From a virus (lineage: Duplodnaviria; Caudoviricetes), in the IMG/VR virus record IMGVR_UViG_3300043443_000066, positions 1-38,206 of that record: DNA of 38,206 nt. The stretch is one strand, 5' to 3'. A program made the translations under genes and the position numbers. The notes below the pieces were generated by a model. That model was not told the DNA's origin, did not search any database, and worked only from the letters and a program-made list of their open reading frames with translations. Below are positions 34,339 through 38,206 of this stretch, piece by piece (position 1 is the stretch's first letter; every line of letters starts with the position of its first letter).

Positions 34339-36237
34339 TTAGATTTCACAGCTTCCAGAAGTACACGCTAACATCTGCGCTCCTTCAACATTGTCGTCAG
34401 CCTCAACTAGTTCTTCCCAGTTGATTGTTGCTGGCATCTTCGACAATAGTTCCTCGTACTGCTCTTTGGTGCAATCCTCATAAGGTGCTTGACGATAAGT
34501 ACCGCCATCGTAAGGCAAGAAGGAAACACCAGAGACTTCATCGAAGTTCTTCCACACCCAAGCGCCTACATCCATCCACTCATGTTCTTTGACAGAGATG
34601 GTGACGGAAGGCTTATGCTCACACCAGTGACGCTGATACATCAACCACACATCTAGGTGATCAATAGCGGTCAAATCCTCACGCACACGAGCGCCATCAG
34701 GTGACTTCTTAGGGAATGAGAAGACAGTAGTTGATTCTGGACGCATTACACAATCTTCAGCAGGGATGCCTGCATTGATCAGAAATTGCGTGAGAGGATC
34801 TTTCTTATCACCCCGAACACGGCGAATATAATAAGGGCTATGTCGAGTGTGAATACCAGAGGCAGAATCAACAAGCTGACTGACAGTACCAGAAGGTTTG
34901 ACGCAAGTGATCGCAGCCGACTGAGGGATTCCCAAAGTAGTTGCAAACTCAGCATTGACTCGAACGGCTTCATCACGCATTGATTCAAGATGCTTCTTAG
35001 TTTCGTCACTTACTTCACCCATCCATTTATTATCAAGAATACCGGTCAATGACACACCCAGCAGACGCTCTTCTTCAGTGTTCTTGCTCCAGACCTTACG
35101 CAGGTATGGGAAGTGCGTCAGAGTTGACTGGAAAGTACCCATGATGGTAGCGATACGCACCTTACGCAGTAGAGACTCAGGCGTATCAGTGGAGCGTACA
35201 ACTACCTCTGTCAGGTTACAGAACTGATAAGGACGCAGGATGATCTCTGAGCAGGGGTTAGTACCGAAGTCATAGTTGACATCACGGCGACCTAGTTTTG
35301 CTACCGTAGACTTTGCGGCAGCACGACTAAAAATACCACGCTCACCAGAATGGCTATGATACAGAGAAGTCCACTCATCCAGATATTGCCCAATATCAGG
35401 CTTAGCAAGATAAGTAGCAGAATTGTTCGCCAAAGCACGCTGACCATTTTGTTCCCACCAAGCACCTGCCTTAGCATGGCGCATCTTGTCATCTTCAAGG
35501 TCAGACAGACTAATCATTGCCGAGCGTCTGACACCACCCACAACAACAACTTCCCCGATTTTGCAGAGAATATCGTGACACTCGAGGGAAGACAGTTTAC
35601 GACCAGCGGCCCCCTTGAATTTTGAAATACAAAACTTAAAAAGTTCTTCCAATGGTGCAGGGCCTGATGCCCTTCCACCAAATGTCTTAAGTCGTGTTCC
35701 TGCAGCTCTGATGCGAGATAGGTCGTACTTTGCAATTTCGCCAGAGTATAGTAGAGCGATGAGTTGACGAAGAGATTTTGCCCACCCCTCTTTGCTATCA
35801 GGAACGCTGATAACAGTTTCACTATCAAACAACTGATCAGGCACTTCAGGTAACTGATTAACATACTTCTGCTCCACAGAGAAGCCTACACCAGTACCAC
35901 ACAACAGAATGTACATGGCCTCATCAAAGGCTTTAGGATCGTCAATAGGAAGGTAACTACAGTTATAAACAGCGGTGTTGTCACGCTCTGCAGCCTTACC
36001 AGCAGTCATCAAGGCACGCATGGAAGGCATAACTTCAAAGTTAAGAACAGCCTGCTCTAGTTCAGCACGAAGTTCTTTTGTCAAGGCATAATTATTGTTC
36101 TTCTTGAGTTGTTCTTCAAGGAAGTCAAAGTATCGTGCAACAGTCTCAGGCCAATGTTCACGACGCTTTTTGTCATTCAGAAACCGAGCATAGCGGCTCT
36201 TAGCGATAAAGCTGGAATAGCTGTCTAGTTTAGTCAT
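34339..36237 (-). CDS. nrdJ: Class II adenosylcobalamin-dependent ribonucleotide reductase (RTPR type)
   Basis: MPSMRAL, YNC, CGTGVGFS, VGGVRRSA, GTNPCSEI, QFCNLTE, TCVKPSGT, C-terminal CTSGSC; no beta subunit gene in the genome. Confidence 0.93.
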   Translation of the reverse strand: MTKLDSYSSFIAKSRYARFLNDKKRREHWPETVARYFDFLEEQLKKNNNYALTKELRAELEQAVLNFEVMPSMRALMTAGKAAERDNTAVYNCSYLPIDDPKAFDEAMYILLCGTGVGFSVEQKYVNQLPEVPDQLFDSETVISVPDSKEGWAKSLRQLIALLYSGEIAKYDLSRIRAAGTRLKTFGGRASGPAPLEELFKFCISKFKGAAGRKLSSLECHDILCKIGEVVVVGGVRRSAMISLSDLEDDKMRHAKAGAWWEQNGQRALANNSATYLAKPDIGQYLDEWTSLYHSHSGERGIFSRAAAKSTVAKLGRRDVNYDFGTNPCSEIILRPYQFCNLTEVVVRSTDTPESLLRKVRIATIMGTFQSTLTHFPYLRKVWSKNTEEERLLGVSLTGILDNKWMGEVSDETKKHLESMRDEAVRVNAEFATTLGIPQSAAITCVKPSGTVSQLVDSASGIHTRHSPYYIRRVRGDKKDPLTQFLINAGIPAEDCVMRPESTTVFSFPKKSPDGARVREDLTAIDHLDVWLMYQRHWCEHKPSVTISVKEHEWMDVGAWVWKNFDEVSGVSFLPYDGGTYRQAPYEDCTKEQYEELLSKMPATINWEELVEADDNVEGAQMLACTSGSCEI

Positions 36238-36388
36238 TAAGTTCTCTTTCTAGTTCTTCGTAATTTTCTTCAATTTTGTCTGTAAATCGTTCCACTAGAT
36301 CTTCTGCTGTGATGTTTAACACCTCCAATAAAGTTATTTCGTCCAGTTGCTTTAGTCTACTCATAACATCAGTTAAAGTCAATGGCAT
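36230..36388 (-). CDS. Small acidic conserved protein (52 aa, ...LKQLDEITLLEVLNITAEDLVERF...)
   Basis: Not in the ORF track; GGAGG RBS; fills the gap. Confidence 0.75.
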   Translation of the reverse strand: MPLTLTDVMSRLKQLDEITLLEVLNITAEDLVERFTDKIEENYEELERELND

Positions 36389-37299
36389 AGTTCCTCCAGT
36401 GCAAGTGTCATAGATGTCTCCCAGTTGTCATAAGGTTCATTGTAAATACAAGTAACGCTGTCATACCATGAAGTCTTAGGCTGCTTTGGAAACCATCTCC
36501 AACATAAGTTATCACCGTTACCGACTAAGCCATAAGTTTTAGTACCAACACTACCTGCCAAATGCAATACTGCGCTGTCAATGGCAATAACCGCTTTTAG
36601 CTGTTGAATCGCATCAGCGGAACCTGCCATGCTATCACAATTTAGGTGTTTAGTCAAGAAAGTATTTTCCATTTGCAGAGAAACAATGTCGGCAGTAGGG
36701 AATTTATTGACAACTTTCTCAACCAGTTCATGCGGTATCTTCCTGTACTTATGATTCCAAGAGTTATTGGTTGTATACCATTGAATACCTATTTTATCAT
36801 TCTTTTCTGTAATGTTTGGATTGGCAAAGTAGCCTTCTGACTTGTAATGTTTGTCTGTCCAAGTTTTAGGAAACAAGCCATGCTCTAAAAGAAGCGCTGG
36901 CAGGCTCATCATTTTAATTCTTATGCTGCCTTGTTCAATTCCTTCAGGCTTGTGCATGGTTCTATAGCCTAGTCTACGCACCAATGAAACCAGTTCACGC
37001 AGACACAAGACAGTGATAGAGGCAACACCTAAGTTTTCTAGCAATGGAATAAACCTAGAGAACTGGATGATGTCGCCTCTACCGCCTTCATGGTCTACAA
37101 CGATGTGTCTGCCTTTGACAGGTACACCGGGATGCCAGATCATTGACCTTGTGTAGGAGTTGCGATCACCGTTACCGATAGGATACTTATTAGGAATCCT
37201 ATGCTCTAGCATTTGGAAGCCTCTTTCGTAGTTTCCAGCGTAGAGTGCTTGATATGCTTTACGCAGTTCAGGAATGACTGCGTTAGAACCCATCGCCAT
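36379..37299 (-). CDS. GT-B glycosyltransferase (GT9/heptosyltransferase-like)
   Basis: HEGGRGDIIQFSRFIP, MMSLP, IVSLQ, IDSAVLHLAGSVG, CWRW...WYDSV. Confidence 0.75.
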   Translation of the reverse strand: MAMGSNAVIPELRKAYQALYAGNYERGFQMLEHRIPNKYPIGNGDRNSYTRSMIWHPGVPVKGRHIVVDHEGGRGDIIQFSRFIPLLENLGVASITVLCLRELVSLVRRLGYRTMHKPEGIEQGSIRIKMMSLPALLLEHGLFPKTWTDKHYKSEGYFANPNITEKNDKIGIQWYTTNNSWNHKYRKIPHELVEKVVNKFPTADIVSLQMENTFLTKHLNCDSMAGSADAIQQLKAVIAIDSAVLHLAGSVGTKTYGLVGNGDNLCWRWFPKQPKTSWYDSVTCIYNEPYDNWETSMTLALEELCH

Positions 37300-37700
37300 C
37301 AGTCTTCTTTGATCCTGTCAACGACTAGTTGTGCATAGCCGGAAATGTCAACCCAAGAGTCAACATAGTCTTTATCGCCATTGACAATCCTAGCAATCTT
37401 GTTAGCGATCATGTCAAGGCTTTCACGCTGAAACTGATACAACTCATCCCAGTTAGGATTCTGGCGAAGAACATTCTTGATGCGTTGGCTGGTGTCAGAG
37501 ACATCGCCGTAGTCACCGTAGTTCTTCTCACGCTCGTTAAGAACAGCACGAATACCTATCTTTTCTTTTAGCAGTTCGCCTAAATGCTGAGTGTTTGCCT
37601 TCGTCCACTCTTCAGGGGTTACATCGTTCAATCGTTTAATGTCCACAGTAAAAGCCTTATCAAAGAAGTAATTTATGTTCCAGAGGTTAACCGGCTGCAT
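37299..37700 (-). CDS. DUF6378-like helical protein
   Basis: LNEREKNYGD...KIARIVNGD...DSWVDISGYAQL. Confidence 0.75.
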   Translation of the reverse strand: MQPVNLWNINYFFDKAFTVDIKRLNDVTPEEWTKANTQHLGELLKEKIGIRAVLNEREKNYGDYGDVSDTSQRIKNVLRQNPNWDELYQFQRESLDMIANKIARIVNGDKDYVDSWVDISGYAQLVVDRIKED

Positions 37701-38206
37701 TGACTATTTTAACACTTTCTTTCACAACTTTGGTTGACTTAGACCAACTACCGCAATCAGTGCATTGGTATCGTTGATATGTGCCAGTAGTTGTATAAGC
37801 AAATCCACGCTTCTGGAGTTTACTAGAACCACAAGTAGGACAGCCATGACCATCAAACAGGTTATGGTTAGGGTGGTTCTTAATCCAAGGCAATACCTTC
37901 GCATATACTTTCTCTAGCAGCAATACATCTTGCTTGTTGTACTCTTCCATCTTGACCCAAGCATCTTTGTCTTTGTTCATACACTTGACCCACAGTGTAT
38001 AACCTTCATGCTCAGTTTTCTTTCCTAGTCCCAATCGTTGAGCAACATAGTCTAGTTTATTACTAGGAAAACGAAACTGCTGACGCACAGACTTTAGCAA
38101 GTCAATCTGCTTGTATGGTGCTGGTGGCGGCAGCGAGTGAAGCAGAAACTCTTTGTTCAGCGTAGGAATGTCAAACTTAGATCCGTTGTAGTGAACAACT
38201 GCGTCT
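37687..38206 (-). CDS. C-terminal part of the origin-spanning DEDD exonuclease with Zn ribbon
   Basis: SNKLDYVAQ, ExoIII YNKQDV, CPTCGS...CTDCG; in frame with 1..345. Confidence 0.85.
   Translation of the reverse strand, partial: DAVVHYNGSKFDIPTLNKEFLLHSLPPPAPYKQIDLLKSVRQQFRFPSNKLDYVAQRLGLGKKTEHEGYTLWVKCMNKDKDAWVKMEEYNKQDVLLLEKVYAKVLPWIKNHPNHNLFDGHGCPTCGSSKLQKRGFAYTTTGTYQRYQCTDCGSWSKSTKVVKESVKIVNAAG
38080..38206. repeat. Terminal direct repeat copy 2
   Basis: Identical to 1-127. Confidence 0.95.

Noticed and set aside
1-38206. tRNA genes, integrase, repressor, RNA polymerase, DGR reverse transcriptase, introns/inteins, stop-codon recoding
   Set aside because: None is recognisable; core genes are uninterrupted and TAA, TAG and TGA all serve as stops.

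Overview
The window is a complete, circularly permuted genome (about 38,079 bp unique; bases 1-127 repeat at 38080-38206, a likely assembler overlap) of a tailed dsDNA podophage with no integrase, repressor or RNA polymerase, so probably lytic. It has two arms. The minus-strand arm runs 11.9 kb -> 1 and continues 38.2 kb -> 34.2 kb. It carries small early genes, a T7-like replisome (primase-helicase, Tyr762-type PolA, SSB, 5'-3' exonuclease, resolvase), a C5-methyltransferase-like protein, a PAPS-reductase-like protein, a GT9-like glycosyltransferase and a B12-dependent class II ribonucleotide reductase. The plus-strand arm (12.5-34.2 kb) carries an HNH nuclease, terminase, portal, scaffold, capsid, tail fibres, tail adaptor/nozzle, ejection proteins and lysis genes. 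The layout recalls Zobellviridae/cobavirus-like phages (inference). The most notable signal is non-coding. A perfect sigma54 promoter precedes the replication operon, and the divergent control region (11.9-12.45 kb) holds a second sigma54 site, a partial third and two tandem NtrC-type boxes. Together these suggest host nitrogen-status control of a lytic phage. A separate operator-like motif recurs there and just downstream of both consensus sigma70 late promoters. Codon choice indicates strict avoidance of CCWGG and GGWCC. All protein calls come from motif recognition without database searches.
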